A DNA stretch of 61,078 nucleotides, the filler included, from Sphacelaria rigidula (lineage: Eukaryota): the NCBI GenBank assembly GCA_964200075.2. It is 6 parts of 6 records of this genome, joined end to end, with 100 filler letters (N's around TTAATTAATTAA, not from the genome) between each part and the next. Parts side by side here need not be neighbours in the genome. Positions count along the whole stretch, not along the records: positions 1 to 10,097 come from CAXNAA020007151.1; positions 10,198 to 20,294 come from CAXNAA020007152.1; 4 more parts are not named here. One strand, 5' to 3'. Under the pieces are notes generated by a model. The model was given only the letters and a program-made list of their open reading frames with translations. It made no database searches and had not been told where the DNA came from. Both the position numbers and the translations under genes were made by a program. Below are positions 1-13,717 of this stretch, piece by piece; the stretch's first letter is position 1, and the number at the start of each line of letters is the position of its first letter.

Positions 1-3000
1 TCCTTTTTAGAAGGAGCTCAGTGCTTGCTTTTACCGCAGCTCTGGCTACGGTCGACGACTGCCCTTGTATGAGAAAAACATACGGTTTGAGTTACGAGCC
101 GAAAACAGGATCAGCAAGCCACATACTCTCCCACCTTGGGTCGTGGCCTTGCTTTGCTAGCGATTACGTCGCATTCGTAACTCGTTTTTTGGGTGAGATA
201 GAGGGTTCTCGACAGTTCGAACCTCAGAAAACATGTGAGAACCCCTACCGGAGCACCACTCTGCGCCCGGTGAGTGCACTGGAATTTTATTTAGAAAAAA
301 AACTATGCTTACGAGAGGTGTCTCAAACTCGGCTCCCGGTTTCCTGGTTTGTTTTGTTCTATTTTTCCAAGTGAACGTGATGGCGATTCATCAGATGATG
401 AGACCCTTTGACCGCCAGATCAGGTCCTCCTATAAATCGCCATCACTTTCACTTGAAAAAAATTACAAAACCCAGAGCCAGCGAATAAACCAGGAAACCG
501 GGAACCGAGTTTGAGATACGTCACGATACGTCTACGAAGGCTCCCAAGATTTATCCTTGATGAAAGAAGACTCCGCAATTTGTCAAAGCTAGTCTTACTT
601 GGAGAAGGTAGTCCGTCTGTGGCGCCGATTTCAACAAAAACGCATTCTGCGCACGCGAGGAGGACACGGGACTGTCAGCCCCACCAAAGATCATATTCTC
701 CTTGTACACACTCAAATCAAGTGACATCAACCATGAACATTTGTAGCCCAACGCCGGTTAACTCTACTGGTTACTTCCAAGGCTTGGTGTTCCGAATCTA
801 ATCTAACCATCTCGATGCATGCGCCGCAAGTCCATTTCTCCGTGACGGTTTTTTCGCCCTTATGGAGGGAGCTTTGTCGCGGCATCGCTCGATTCCACAC
901 CTCTCGTTCATGTGTTTCGTTTAACAAGCAGTGATCCTTTACGTATCTCCAGTTGTCGATGTCTGACCGATCTGTCGTGTTTAGCTCACGGTGACCGCTT
1001 TGGGTGCTGAACTCCTTCAGATGGACCTGGGTGGACCATCGTCAGTATTTATGTCCGACGAAATTATTACTCGAAAATTGAAATGAAATTATTAACTACA
1101 ACATATATGGTCCGGAACTGGGAATCGCGGGATATACGGCATCTTGTCGCTGGGGACGGTGATCGCAAGCGAAGAAGGTTTTATGAGCCATGCCATCGTA
1201 GGGGTGCATCTACCTATATATCTGGTCCAAGGTTTTTCATATCCAAGAGTGTTGGGCAGGGCGTGTCCGTTTCAAAATTTTCGTCGGGGATCCAGCCCAT
1301 TGGATTATTGTCGTGCCGCGTTTTCGCATACTTCGTTGATTGCTCTTTGGGTGGAATGGAGGGCTACCAGCGGAATTTTTGTGAGAAAGCTTTTTTACAC
1401 CCCTATCGTGGGTTCACTATCGGGGTATCACTTCTATTATAGAGTCTGGGTTACCGGTGTTCAAGGTCAATGTCGACCGACAATATTATTCCGAAAGAGG
1501 CCTGGCGCCCCAAGGGTCAATCAAGTTCAGAAATACGAGTGCATATCTTGCAGAGGTGATGACACCAAGAGGAAACCCCAGATTTCCGCTCCTCACTGAT
1601 TTACTTTATCTTTGAGGACATCGTGATACAGCAAGCCATCCGGAATATCGATCTCACAGCAGCTGCGCACCCCTCAAAAGTGACGGGTCAACCGCTGGAA
1701 ACACAGATATCTCAGCAAAGATATTATGTCTAATGACGCTAACATACGCGATAGATAATACAGCCAGCTCAGCGGCTCCAGCAAGATCGTCAGAACAGAA
1801 ATAACCCGCTGGTTGTTCCTCCTGGCTTAGCCCGCTTGTATCTACTGCCCCCGTCCCCTATTCCGATACGAATACACTTTCCCCCTGCCCTGCCCTACAT
1901 CACCACGCTACTGCATCATCATTACAAGGTATCATCTTTCATCGAGTGCTACCGAGGGATCTTCCAAGGTGAATTGACTTTGTGTATCTGGGTTTGTAAA
2001 CCCAGCATCCCTCAACAAGCATGTGAAGTACGTATTCATGTTCGAGCTGAATTTAAAGCACACAGCTGTAGTAGTAATAGTGTCGTCGAGCACGACAACG
2101 GATGGTACGCTGAATAGGTGCGTTGTTAAGTAGTCATACCTGGATACACTAGCCCAGGTGAAGAGTGTTGCGGCAGGCAGACTTTATCAGCTTGACGACT
2201 ACTTCCTTGTAGTGACTGGCTGCTTCATTCCATGTGTGTCGCAGACTGAGCTCACGCAGTTTCAAGATTCAACTGCTGTAAGTGGCTCTAGTCCGACAGA
2301 TGGACATACGTTGATACGTTGCAATCGGGCTTCACCCATCTGTCCTGCTGCTTGTCAGTGTTTGATCCGCTGCTTGCAGTTTCACACAGATGGTTTCGTT
2401 CTCTCTGGTGAGCGGTGCGTTAACTTTGGGCCGAGCCTGACTCACGCCTTCGACTCGGCCCCCTGACCTAGGCTCGACTTGTTCGCGTACCACTCACGTT
2501 TCATCTACAGTTCAGCACCACAGAGAACAGACAGTACTGGTGTGAGGATCGCACGTTGCAGTTGTGAATGCAACACTTCTTACACGACGCAGGCGGGTGT
2601 CGAGCAGTCTGTAGTAAGGCCCTGTACACAACACGTATTGATACACGCTGGACGATCACGCCGTCACTCTCACCCTCCCTGCGGCCAGTGACGCTCAATG
2701 GCAGATCTGTTTCGTCGTTCTACACCTTTCTCGCCTCTCCGTGACGATATGGTATGTTCCGCACATCCGGACGTTGGTACACAGACAGTGCTCTCTCCTG
2801 CATCTCCGTTTTTTTTTTTAACTGGTAAATTTATAGCAGCTCTTCTTGCGTCCAGGCGCGACACGGCGCCTCCTACGCATCTCTTTTCACTGCCTATTAT
2901 AATCGTGGTATCTCACCGTTTAGGATTGCCAGTGCATATTTCGAGTGTCGATCACTATTCGAAGCTATTTGTGCAGTGCTTTGATGCTATGTCATGGTCA

Positions 3001-4457
3001 GATACCAGGTATTTTATAACAGGAACGTTTCGCACATATTGCCATTAACAGATACACTCTTCGATGGTGTGGGCGCAGCCGACATACGCAACTGTTGTCA
3101 CGAGGGATGGAAGGCGTTTTGACTTCCGTCAACGCCACCATCCCTGCGCGTCCTTGGGGGATACCCACGAGCTTGCGCCTGTTGCGACTTGTCTTGGTAC
3201 CCCTTTTGACGCCCCTTTTTCGCCAACAGTACTTTCGTCCCGAGCAATTTCTTTTTATGGGAGGCATCACATGAGGCTGTTTCACTTGTGCAGTGAGTCT
3301 AGGCCATCACCATGAAGCTGTTTCACTTGTACGAGGTCGTCCGGACGGAGGTGGACCGGATGACACTCGCATCGGGCAGCTAGCCGGTCAGTTTCGCCCT
3401 CGGCGTGGCGGGTAAAATAGATTGTTCATGATTTTTTCGTGAAATCGACCGACTCTCTCAAAGGACGGCAGTCAACTCGTGAGATGCACATCGTGCTAAT
3501 CATCCCGCAACAGCGGTCCTCCCGCAAACTATGGTCCTTGACCTAAAATCTTGTTCCTCGCACGACTGATTCAAAAAAACTCTCTGCAATCACCAACCCA
3601 ACCCCTGGGCCACTAACCAAGCCGTGGGTATGAGCACTGAGAAACATTCCCTGAAGGCCGTTGAGGGAATTAGCCCGCTTCTTGTCTCGATGGAAAGATG
3701 AGTTTTGAGTAACCCTCGGAGACATGTGTTCGTCTTTCGGACAGATTTATCGAACTTCGTTTACTCCGAAAAAAAATGTTTAATAACATGTACTTTGTTC
3801 GGGGAAAAGGTGTCTCTCGGAAAGGTGTTTTCGTTACTCTCCCTCGACGTCTCTCGCCTGAGAAGAGGGCCGGCGGATTCTCTTACTTCGATATGATTTT
3901 TCTACTCTTCGGCACACTTGCCGCGTTTTCTGGTGCGCGCAGTTTTGCCTCGGTGTGGATTCACGATTTCCCACGTTAGTTTACGATCGTCCGCGCCAAT
4001 TCCCAAAAATGCCATCTCCGCGGGAACGTACGGATATGTGTCGAAGTTTTTGTCCGAACTGTGACTGTTTGTCCGAGAAATCAAAAGTTTTGTAAAAAAA
4101 ACTCGTCCACCTGGAGACGCAAGGGTGATCTGGAGCCATCCCAACTATTACTCGTGTAGTAATTCATTGCGAGGTGTCAAAATCCGCAGAACAGCAGGAT
4201 GTTCGGGAGTGAAACGACACAATGAGAACGGGAAGCTGGTTGCTCTTCGGACAGAAAAAAAGCGCCGTGAGAGTCGTGACGGAAATGCCCCCACTGTTCA
4301 TGTGCTATGTCGTCGTCATTTCTCCGCATGCGGTCTGCACACCTACGGTACATGACGGAACGCAACCCCTCCTCGGAAAATTCACGCCTGCCAGTTGGCG
4401 TACAAACCTTCAATTCGGTCAAAAGCGGGTTGAAAAAAATAAGTTCTGACCAACAAA

Positions 4458-4459
<2 letters not shown>

Positions 4460-4505
<46 letters not shown>
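4460..4505. repeat. (CA)n microsatellite
   Basis: Seen directly. Confidence 0.98.
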
Positions 4506-4507
<2 letters not shown>

Positions 4508-5015
4508 TTTACCCCCGAGCTTCCTCACTCTCGAACTCCGTGAGCGTTTGCCGTACATTTTTTTACACCTCCCAGCCGGTCTCATGGGACAACGAGTACT
4601 CCACTGGCGAGTAAAAATGGAACCGGGATCCCCTCCTCTCATCATGTTGTTTCCACGCTTGATTCCCGAACTTGTGTCCTTGCGTCTTCTCCCGTTCTTT
4701 ACAGGAGACAAAGAGGTATGTCGCACGAAACAAATGAACACTGACGGAGGCTCGGATACCGTAGCCATGAACACAAAACTAGACCAGATTTTTCGATCAG
4801 AGAATGACACTAATTCTAACCGAACCCCCATCCCCCAATCCTGCTGCAAACTTTCACCTTTCGTCTTGCGAATTTTGTATGTCAAATCCGCTCTACGCCA
4901 ATGCTCCTATTTTTTTCGCAGACACGCGAGAGGGGAACTGTTCATCCCCACCCTTATCGTCCATCATCCCATCATCTGGCTCAACGTGAACCACTCCAGC
5001 CTCACACACAGAATC

Positions 5016-8000
5016 ATGAACGGACACGCGAACAACGGGGAGGGGGCGTCCGAAACGGGAGCGTTGACGGGCACCATGCGCGTCAAGGCTGGCCTGGCGC
5101 AGATGCTCAAGGGTGGCGTCATCATGGGTACGTACCCTGTGGCTGAACGATACTTGTGGTTTCTCGATGTTGGTGACGAAGTGACCTGCAGGGGTTTCGC
5201 TCCGCCGAAGTCCATCTCTCGGTGTGAGCACATGTTATCGGGTTCAGGTTCGCCGAAGTCCGTTTCTGGGTGTGAGCAAATGTGATCGGGTTCGGCTTTT
5301 TTTGGTGGAAGAAAAAACGCCTGGTCGGTGTAGAAGCTAACCACACCACTTCCCTGTCACCAACGTTTGCTTCGTGTGACCCGGAAATACCAGTGCCGTA
5401 GTACATTCTGTGATTCCACACTCATTCAATTGAATCTGAGCGTCGCACAGCCCCTCCCGAACACGAACCACCTTGTATGTCACGTCTTTTTCGCGAAAAT
5501 ACACATCTCGGAAGTCATCCAGCAGGTCTGGGAACTTGATCGAATCGTGAGCGAGATACAGCAACTTTTGCGTGATGCGCGTTCAATTTTTTCTCCCGAG
5601 TCACTGAGAGTGGCGCGACTGGAGTAGGGGTGCGCAAATATTCCCTGGGGTTCGAATCGTTCGGAGCCCTCCATCTCATCCGAATATGGAATTGGGATAT
5701 ATGAAAGAGGAGGCCACGATTAGCATTCCAGTGAGCTAGATATTATTTATGATTTGACTTGATCATCGCACCTCAACTGACCCCCCAGGGGTCCAGCCTT
5801 GGTCTCATGATGGACGTCCCCAAGAAAAACGAAACTGGAACACGCTCTGAGAAAAAGAAGGAAAAAAACAGGGGGGGGGGGGGAAGGGCGAACAGAACGA
5901 CATCGCAGCCTAAGTCGTAACAAAAAGGTGATGAAGTAGTCAACACGAGCAAGCACAGAAAGAAATGGCTGACTTGAAACAAAAATAATCTTATAAATTA
6001 ATCAATTCATTAATTGAAGATTGTCTGAGGATGGATGGTTCGACTTTATTTTTTGGACAAGGAAAAGACAAAGTCGAAAACAGGAAGAAAGTACAGAGCA
6101 AATAAAATGAAATGCCAGGGATACCCCGAATACGTTTTTTTAACGGGAAACGGGCTGACCCGTATTCTGGTGTAGCTCCTGACTTTGGTAGCCCCCAAAT
6201 GAGAGGGGTCTGGGCCTTGATGCGCAACTCCTACCGTAGCGTGCCCCATCAAGTCGGGAAGGACACGAGTATGGATGTGTAGGGTAACGAGGAATTCACA
6301 GGACGCTCCATACCTGAAGTGTCTCTTGTCCAAACTAGTGGATTCTGGGAGTGGAAATATATTGACCTGGTAGGCTATTGTCAGGCTCTCTTCGGGGAGG
6401 AATGTCCCGTACTGGAGGCTGCCTGGTTGACGGTGTGATGGGGCGGTTGACGCATGTCGAACATGTGGACGTACCCTCTCCCTGCGGGTGTAAGTGGCGA
6501 GTACAAGCGCAGTGGAACATGCCGTGAGAGTGAGGGAGCTGCTCGCGAAAAGCTAGAATTCGTGCATTTGTGTAGAATCCTGGGCCGTGGTGTACAGAAA
6601 TAATTCGCCTTGTATATTTTTAGATGGAAACTGGTCTACAGCATAGGTGGTGGACCTTGGCGTGGGGCAGTAATCGATTGACTGATTGATTGCCTGACTG
6701 ATAGTTGCAAATTAACTGACCTCCCAGGGATCCAGCCGTAGTCACCTGATGGATGTACCCGAGACAAAACAAAATTGACATGAAGTATTATAGTAATACA
6801 AACAAACAAGAACCAGGTTGATAACACGGATTTCACCAGTCGAGGACGTACTTCTCCTCTAAGATGAACCCTGGGGATCTTGACGAGCGTGACTGTGTTT
6901 TTTTTTGGAGACGAGATGCAAATGCAGGATCCGGCGGTGATATGTGGCCTCGCTCATCCTCGAAACAAAAAACCCACACCCAATTTTGTGAAACACTGTT
7001 TCAAACAACAGGGGATCCTGACAATGAGGACCTTTCTGTGCACGGGAATGAACGGATGCCAAAACTATTCGGTATGAAACACTGGATTTTACGAACTGCG
7101 GGTGGATTATGTTGAGGATGAGCGGGGCCACATATAGCGGCTGGAGAGTGCAGTTTCATTTTCAGTTCGAAGAAATGTCGATGCCCATGGAAGGTCCCGA
7201 AGGTTCATACTCGGTAAATAATCCATCCTTATTATAACGCTCCCCCCCCCCCCACCCCGTTTTGATTGTTGCTGCACCCCAGACGTGATCGACGTTGAGC
7301 AGGCACGGATCGCAGAAGAAGCTGGGGCCGTGGCGGTCATGGCCCTGGAGCGCATCCCAGCAGACATCCGCGCGGACGGTGGCGTAGCGCGCATGTCCGA
7401 CCCGAAGATGATTAAGGAGATCAAGGCAGCTGTATCTATCCCCGTCATGGCCAAGGTGCGTGTATACACACGTGAGCGCGCGCGCGTGTGTGTCTCCTGT
7501 AGTGGTCGTTTTGTAACCGTCGTGTGTATGACTCCGTGTTCGGAGCGTATACTTCCTCTGTCCCATGAGTAAAGGTACCTGAATTTATACGGGCCTTAAC
7601 GGTGTCCGATTTTTTTATTTTCAACTCCACGGTATTTTTGGGGTTTAGAAGATGTGTTCGAAAATTTGCAGCTCGTGCTTGAACCATGCCGCCGAACGGC
7701 TGCAAAAAAAGTAGTGAACCCCAAAATGGCCGCTTTTTGCCCCTTTCCACGGGAAAAAAAAATGTACATTTTTTTTTTTTAGTCGCCCCCGTCTTCACTG
7801 GAGCTTGCTGCCAGGAAGTCCCACGCGGTAAAAAAAAAAAGTGGACACTTTTTTTTCCCCTCGTAAAGGGACAAAAAACGGCCATTTTTGGGCCGACTCC
7901 TTTTTTTGCAGCCGTTCCGCGCCATGGTTCAAGCACGAGCTGCAAATTTTGAACACATTTTCTTGACCCAAAAAACACCGTAGAGTTTACATGGAAGAAA

Positions 8001-9622
8001 AAAACGATCGAAAGTCGTTAAGGGCCCGTACAACTTTAGGTCCCTTTACTCATGGGACAAAGGAAGTATGATAACTTGATCGTTTTGGGTCTCGGACAGG
8101 CGGTGAAGAGAAAATCGCGGTCGAGTGTACAGTACAAGAGCTGGTGTGTGTGGGTGATATGTGGACAATTTCAAAGTAAGCGTTTTGACACTAAACGCGG
8201 CGGGGGATAATGAGAATATTCTGCTACTCGAGATATCGGAAATATCCTTGCTTGTTTCTGGACAGGGTTGAATTTCGCAAAACTCTTTCAAAACCACTGC
8301 CAACGTACAGTATGTGAAGAAAACTACGAGAACGAGGTTTACCATTTGCGGCACGTTCACCTGTATTATTATTTGAAATGCACTCGTGTGTATACTCATA
8401 CTGCACGTCTTGTCACGAACACGCGTGACTTGTTTTCCCACTTGTCGCAGGCTCGTATCGGGCACTTCGTCGAGGCGCAAATCTTGGAGTCCATTGAAAT
8501 CGACTACATCGACGAGTCGGAAGTGCTGACCATGGCGGACGAGGACAACCACATCAACAAGAGAAAGTTCACCGTGCCTTTTGTCTGCGGCTGCCGCAAT
8601 CTGGGCGAGGCTCTGGTGAGTTTTTTCTCGTCAATGATGATTGTTGTTGTCGTCGTTGCCGTTATCCTTCGTGATCTTGATTCTAGAGGTGTTGTGTCTT
8701 TGGTGGTGGTGATGATGCTGATGCTGATGCTGATGGTGGTTTGTGTGATTATCTTGTCAGGGGGAGCATACTTGAGTTGCGAGTTGTTTTCTGTACGAAG
8801 TGCTGTGGGTTTTTTTGTGGGTAATGTTTCATGGTGTTGGATGATGTGACTGTGGGTGTGGGGGTCATGTGAGTGGCGTAGTTTCATGCTTGTATAATAG
8901 TCATCATTCATGCTTGAACCCTCACGGTGATAACTGGAGTGTGAAATTGAAATAAGCCAACTTCGGAAGGCATGTAGGACCTCGTGATGTGATGTTGAGA
9001 TCGTTGCCGTGCAACACGACTGATTTGTCAAATCGTCATCAGCTCGACGTGCAATGTACATTGATTTTCAAAATACCGTTTTTCGGGATCGACAAAGATA
9101 CACACACTGGTTTTCTGTTCACCTGACCCTCGTCAATATTTCGATGGACGTTCCACAGCGAGGCGGTCCGTTCATGAACGCCCACGCATGCCGATGCCCC
9201 GCTTCTGGGTAGTGTCTTTTCTTCTCCTGGACATGGTTACTCCCAATCTTCGCCTAAAAAACGGACATTCGATCATCAAACCAATAAGCGCCCGCTGGTT
9301 GGAAGGTCAAACGTCGACCTCTTGAAAGGAGAGTATTGTGTGAGGTCCAGATTCCGGCATGATCTCATCAGAGACCTCCGGAGCTGCACTCGAGACTCAG
9401 AACTTTTCCCGATGTACAAGGATGCTTGAACCTCAAAATTTCGTGTGCGTCCGTTGTTGGTGTTGCGTCCGTGATTTTGTGTTGCCGTGGCTTGAAAACT
9501 ACCAAAAACAGCGACGCGTCGCGGAGGGCGCGGCCATGCTCCGAACCAAGGGAGAGGCTGGCACCGGAAACGTTGTTGAGGCCGTCCGTCACGCCCGCTC
9601 GGTACAGCGGGAGATCAGGATG
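5016..9622 (+). CDS. PDX1: Pyridoxal 5'-phosphate synthase subunit PDX1 (SNZ/PdxS family), first four coding exons; 3' exons lie beyond the contig end
   Basis: Exons 5016-5127, 7283-7455, 8451-8615 and 9512-9622 have GT/AG boundaries and compatible phases (187 codons, no stops). They join to ...[56 protein letters not shown]...[19 protein letters not shown]...DESEVLT...[40 protein letters not shown], the PDX1 signature. Both catalytic lysine motifs (MAK, RTKGE) are present. Confidence 0.96.
7552..8066. mobile_element. Tc1/mariner-type (Stowaway-like) foldback MITE in PDX1 intron 2
   Basis: TA|CTTCCTCTGTCCCATGAGTAAAGG ... CCTTTACTCATGGGACAAAGGAAG|TA, with ~200-bp inverted arms. Confidence 0.88.
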
Positions 9623-10097
9623 GTGAGATGATATTGGTTTTGCACAACTCGTACTCGTACTCGTCCCTTGAGCATGACGAAAACGCACCAATTACAAGTA
9701 CTCAGGTCTCCTTTTACAGATACGCACAAAGCAGAAAGTACCTCATAATGAGGTGAAGATTTGTGCATGCCTTCGTCAAGCGCGGTTTGCTTTTTTCTTC
9801 TTCCAAGTTTTATGTCATGACCTCACTCATTGCTTGGTCTGAAATGAGTTTTTCCCTCGTGGGAGGGGGTGTCGTTTGCGGTGCCGGAATTCGGGGATAT
9901 CCCTCGCTTTTGGTATATATATTTATATATATATAAGAGAAAACTCGGGGTGGTTGTGACCGGTTGGACGTCACTGGTTTCATATCCAGCATGAAGTCTG
10001 AACGTTCGCCGAAGGATCATTCGTGGAAGAAACACGTGAGCACGCGTTTGACGGTGGATAGTCCTTGGAAAGCACAATGTCAACACCTCGAATGACA

Positions 10098-10197
10098 NNN
10101 NNNNNNNNNNNNNNNNNNNNNNNNNNNNNNNNNNNNNNNNNTTAATTAATTAANNNNNNNNNNNNNNNNNNNNNNNNNNNNNNNNNNNNNNNNNNNN
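10098..10197. other. Artificial contig spacer (also 20295-20394, 30491-30590, 40687-40786, 50883-50982)
   Basis: Identical 100-nt N44-TTAATTAATTAA-N44 linkers (six-frame stop) separate segments of 10097, 10097, 10096, 10096, 10096 and 10096 bp. Confidence 0.99.
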
Positions 10198-11848
10198 CAA
10201 TGAGTTGCTTTATTCTGTGGTATTGCCACTTCCAGAGACAGCCACAACTTTTACTGTCTCGTTGGTGTCTAACCGGACATCTCACATTTTGTGGGGGGGC
10301 TATCGTAGAAAGTGTCTTGAAAGGACTGGCCTCGATGAGGTACAGTAATCTCTTGGGCACACATGACTCGGAGTAAATGCAACATTTGGATATGAATATT
10401 TTGATCGGGCCGTTGAGGGACGAGAGTTTGTAGGAAGATCCAGATTGATATCCCGAATTGTTGACAGCGATTGATGAGAGGAGCTCTTGCATTGTTGAAT
10501 TGTCCTGTCGGCATCTTGTATGTTATGGGCACAAGGGACAGTATTACCGGGACGTTCTTTGAACTGATGGGACGATACGATAAACGAGGTATTTACCGTT
10601 ACGGACGGATTGTGGGATGTATGGGCCAGCAACGTCTCGGTTTCACCTACCGTTGGCTTGTCGTTTTTGTACCATGACTAGGTGGGGGCATAATTATTGG
10701 CCTAGGGTAGAGTTGTACCGAGCGCCTCCAACCCCTTCATGATTCACTCTTATTGGATACCCGGACACAACCCGCTCTGGCCGCCGTTGATCTAAGTTTA
10801 AAGTAGTCCTTACCGGTAAGTCTTAGCTGTGGGAACTATTGGCTTCTGGTTAGTAATGTATAATACAGGAGGATATCTCATCTCTGTAGGCGCCTTGGAT
10901 TGATTTGCCCAACAGCAACTTGATTTGGTGTGGACTATTATTACACAGCTTCGCCTGCAACCGATGCATAGACGGCTTGAGCCTCTATTCGTGAGAACTA
11001 ACAGGACAAGGGTGTAGCGTGGCTCCCTTCTCGGAGGGTACGACACTAGCTTACATAAGATATTTGTTTCAGCGACGGGTCCACTAGCATCACAACTGTC
11101 ATCGACCAGGCCCAAACTGCAGCCGAGCCCACTGCACCACGTCTGAGTGACGGCATCATAGTACGGTACGATAGCAGAAATCATCTCTGCGTCCAGTCAA
11201 AGTTTAGTCTCCGTCCTCGGTGGGGCGGTCCTTCCCACGTGGAACCTAGCGAAACATGAAATATCTCTTCAAGAGCTTTCGAACGCAGATATTTTCGGTG
11301 ATGTCAAAATAAGTGAGGGGTCCTAAAACGCGTGAGAAGACACATCGGCACAAGGAGTTTCAGCATGTTTTACACGTTTTCCCGACCTTAACCCTTTTGG
11401 AACCCACTGACGACTTTTGTGTTTGTGAATTGGCATCATTTTCAGTCATTTTCAAGTCAAAATGGGGCCGATTCACAAAAACAAAAGTCGTCAGTGTGTT
11501 CCAAAAGAGTTAACAAGATATTCCCCCACGATACCGGTGTCAGCGAGAGGCCTGCGAGTACAGCTTTCGACCAATACCTTGCTCGTGCTGTAAATCGCCT
11601 TCAAAGTAGTCCATGAAACTAAAGAAGACGGAGTGTCGGTTCTGGTGGGTCATCATCCATTTTCTTCGAAATATTTTCAGTTTCTACTGCGTAGTCTATA
11701 CAACGTGCTCAACACGTATGCCGGGAAATGAGAATCGTCGCCCAACACACATGAAACGCATACGCGCAGATACGCCAACAAAATTTCGGGAGTGTTTACA
11801 ACGTATTTCCCTACGGTGATGTAGACCGGGCACGAGTTTTTCGCTTTT

Positions 11849-12156
11849 AACAATGTTTGTTTCCGTGATATTGAGAGTAGAGCGTTGATTGGGAGTGGGT
11901 TGTATCACTCGCTTTCACTTGACTAATTTTTCATTCTGTACGTGCTATTCTTTGGTTGTAACACTGGCGTGTGCTTACAGCTACACGTCCATATCGTCCT
12001 ACTCAGGGGTATCAAGGGCTTCAGTGGCAAGCTACTGCAGAAAGCGTGCCGGACCTCGTAAAGGGCCATTTCGGAGTCGAAAAGATTTTTCCATGAATTG
12101 ACCGCTTCTCATGTTCAATCGTGTTCTCGACTCTCAATCTCACGAAATCACCTTGT
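11849..12156. mobile_element. Diverged, inverted copy of the same ~300-bp MITE
   Basis: Reverse-complement similarity to 12674-12776 + 17193-17391 (e.g. tcctactcaggggtatcaagggcttcagtggc); ends are degenerate. Confidence 0.7.
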
Positions 12157-12776
12157 CGTCCACGACAAATTTACCCCCCTCTCCCCCCCCCCCCCTCGGC
12201 ACGAGTCCGTGGTCTCAAGGAATCAGACCATCTCGTTCTCGATGCACGCCTCGCATTTTGGTGCAGCACTCCGGCACAGGACCGGTACACGATGAATAAG
12301 CGTATTTTGCTACGAGCTGTGCCAGCCAACAATGGGTAGTTTTCTCGCTCAGACGACGCACAGTGCGATACTGGGAGTTGGAAGCTGAAAATTTGACTAC
12401 AGTGTTTTACGATCGAAATGCAGAAGATCACGCGAGCAGCAAAGAAAAAAAAAAAAATGGGGATTTGAAATTTCAGCAAAACAAGGTAATGTCATCATCC
12501 AAGGAAAAAAGTGAGAATCTGCAGCTGCTCAGGTGATGTATCATTTCCTTGGGTGCAGCAGATCTTCCTGAAATTTCAGCTCAAGAGTCGTCGAATTGGA
12601 CCGTGCGAGCAAAATTTTGCGTGACGCTGCTGCACCCCTATAGTTCAAGTGAGGAGAGACTCCGATCATGGAGAACAACGTTTTCGCGAGATTGAGAGTA
12701 GAGGATACGATTGAGAGTGAAAAGCGGTCAATTAGTGAACGAGTCGTTTCAGTTCCGAAATGCCCTCCACGAGGCA

Positions 12777-13033
12777 TATAGCCTCTGCCAGACGATCTGG
12801 ACAATAGGACTATCCATGAGGGACTCCTCAAGCAGCACTGATCTCGTGCTCGACAAGACCCTTCTTCTCACTTGTTATTATCACGGAGTGATCCTCAACA
12901 GACCACATCACAAGCCAGCAGCAAGGGGCCACACAGATAAGGGTCATCAATCCAGGATCCCCTGTCCCATGCGACTGCTCCAATCATGCATGCGATTATA
13001 CTGAAACCTACGGGTCGATATCATTTGGCTACA
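12777..13033 (-). repeat. 3' LTR of the Gypsy element
   Basis: Direct repeat of 16936-17192; preceded on the minus strand by a G-rich PPT-like tract (TTTGGGGGTGC). Confidence 0.93.
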
Positions 13034-13059
13034 GCACCCCCAAAGCGAGTTCAAGACAG

Positions 13060-13717
13060 ACGACGCAAATGCCTGTCGTAGAGCTTATTTGTGGCATTGC
13101 GCTCGAATACATGTCACACGTACCGTTGGCTTTCATGAATGGTAGTTCTAAGGGTTCACAGTTGCGGTGGGCGACAGTAGACAAGGAAGGTTTCGCGATA
13201 GTCGATACATTTCGAAGGCTAGAATACTTGCTTTGGGGTGGTGTCCGCATTTTCACCGATCATCGCAATCTGAAGTACATTTTAAACCCCGAAGAGTGTG
13301 TCACATCGGTGACGAAGGCCATGGCACAACGGCTTGAAAATTGGAAAGGAGTATCAGGCCATACCCGGTATGCCATTGAACACCTTCCTGGACAGCGCAA
13401 TTGTTGGGGAGATTTGTTATCTCGCTGGATGAAGGGTTCCTATCGTGCCTTTTCGTTCTGTTGCCGTGTACAGCCCGTGTGGTGCCGATGATTCGCTGTC
13501 CTCGTTGGATGTAATTCGTACCGCGCAGCGCAAAACAGTCGGCGACGGTGTTCATTCTCTTCCTACGACTTTCGGTCAAGCTACTATGGCTGACGATGAT
13601 ATATTTCGCGTGCGTGTTGGCAGTAGTGATGCTTTATGGATTCCGTCGGATGATAAGGCTCTACAAACTCGCTTGATGGTGTGCGCTCACATGCGGTCGG
13701 CTGGTCACCGTGGTGTG
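13060..13717 (+). pseudogene. Inverted RNase H / integrase N-terminal segment of the Gypsy pol
   Basis: Plus-strand ORFs 13069-13491 (HVPLAF...WATVDKEGFAIV...TDHRNL...GQRNCWGDLLSRW) and 13445-13771 (LWIP...AHMRSAGHRG), on the opposite strand to the rest of pol. Left boundary approximate. Confidence 0.88.

Noticed and set aside
1-4400. Short ORFs upstream of PDX1
   Set aside because: No recognisable motifs or consistent exon chain; probably decayed repeats.
4548-5285. 245-aa ORF as PDX1 with a long N-terminal extension
   Set aside because: Similarity starts only near ATG 5016 and ends at the GT donor 5128; the rest reads as UTR and intron.
10198-11200. Possible retroelement remnant
   Set aside because: No diagnostic motif in any frame I could read.
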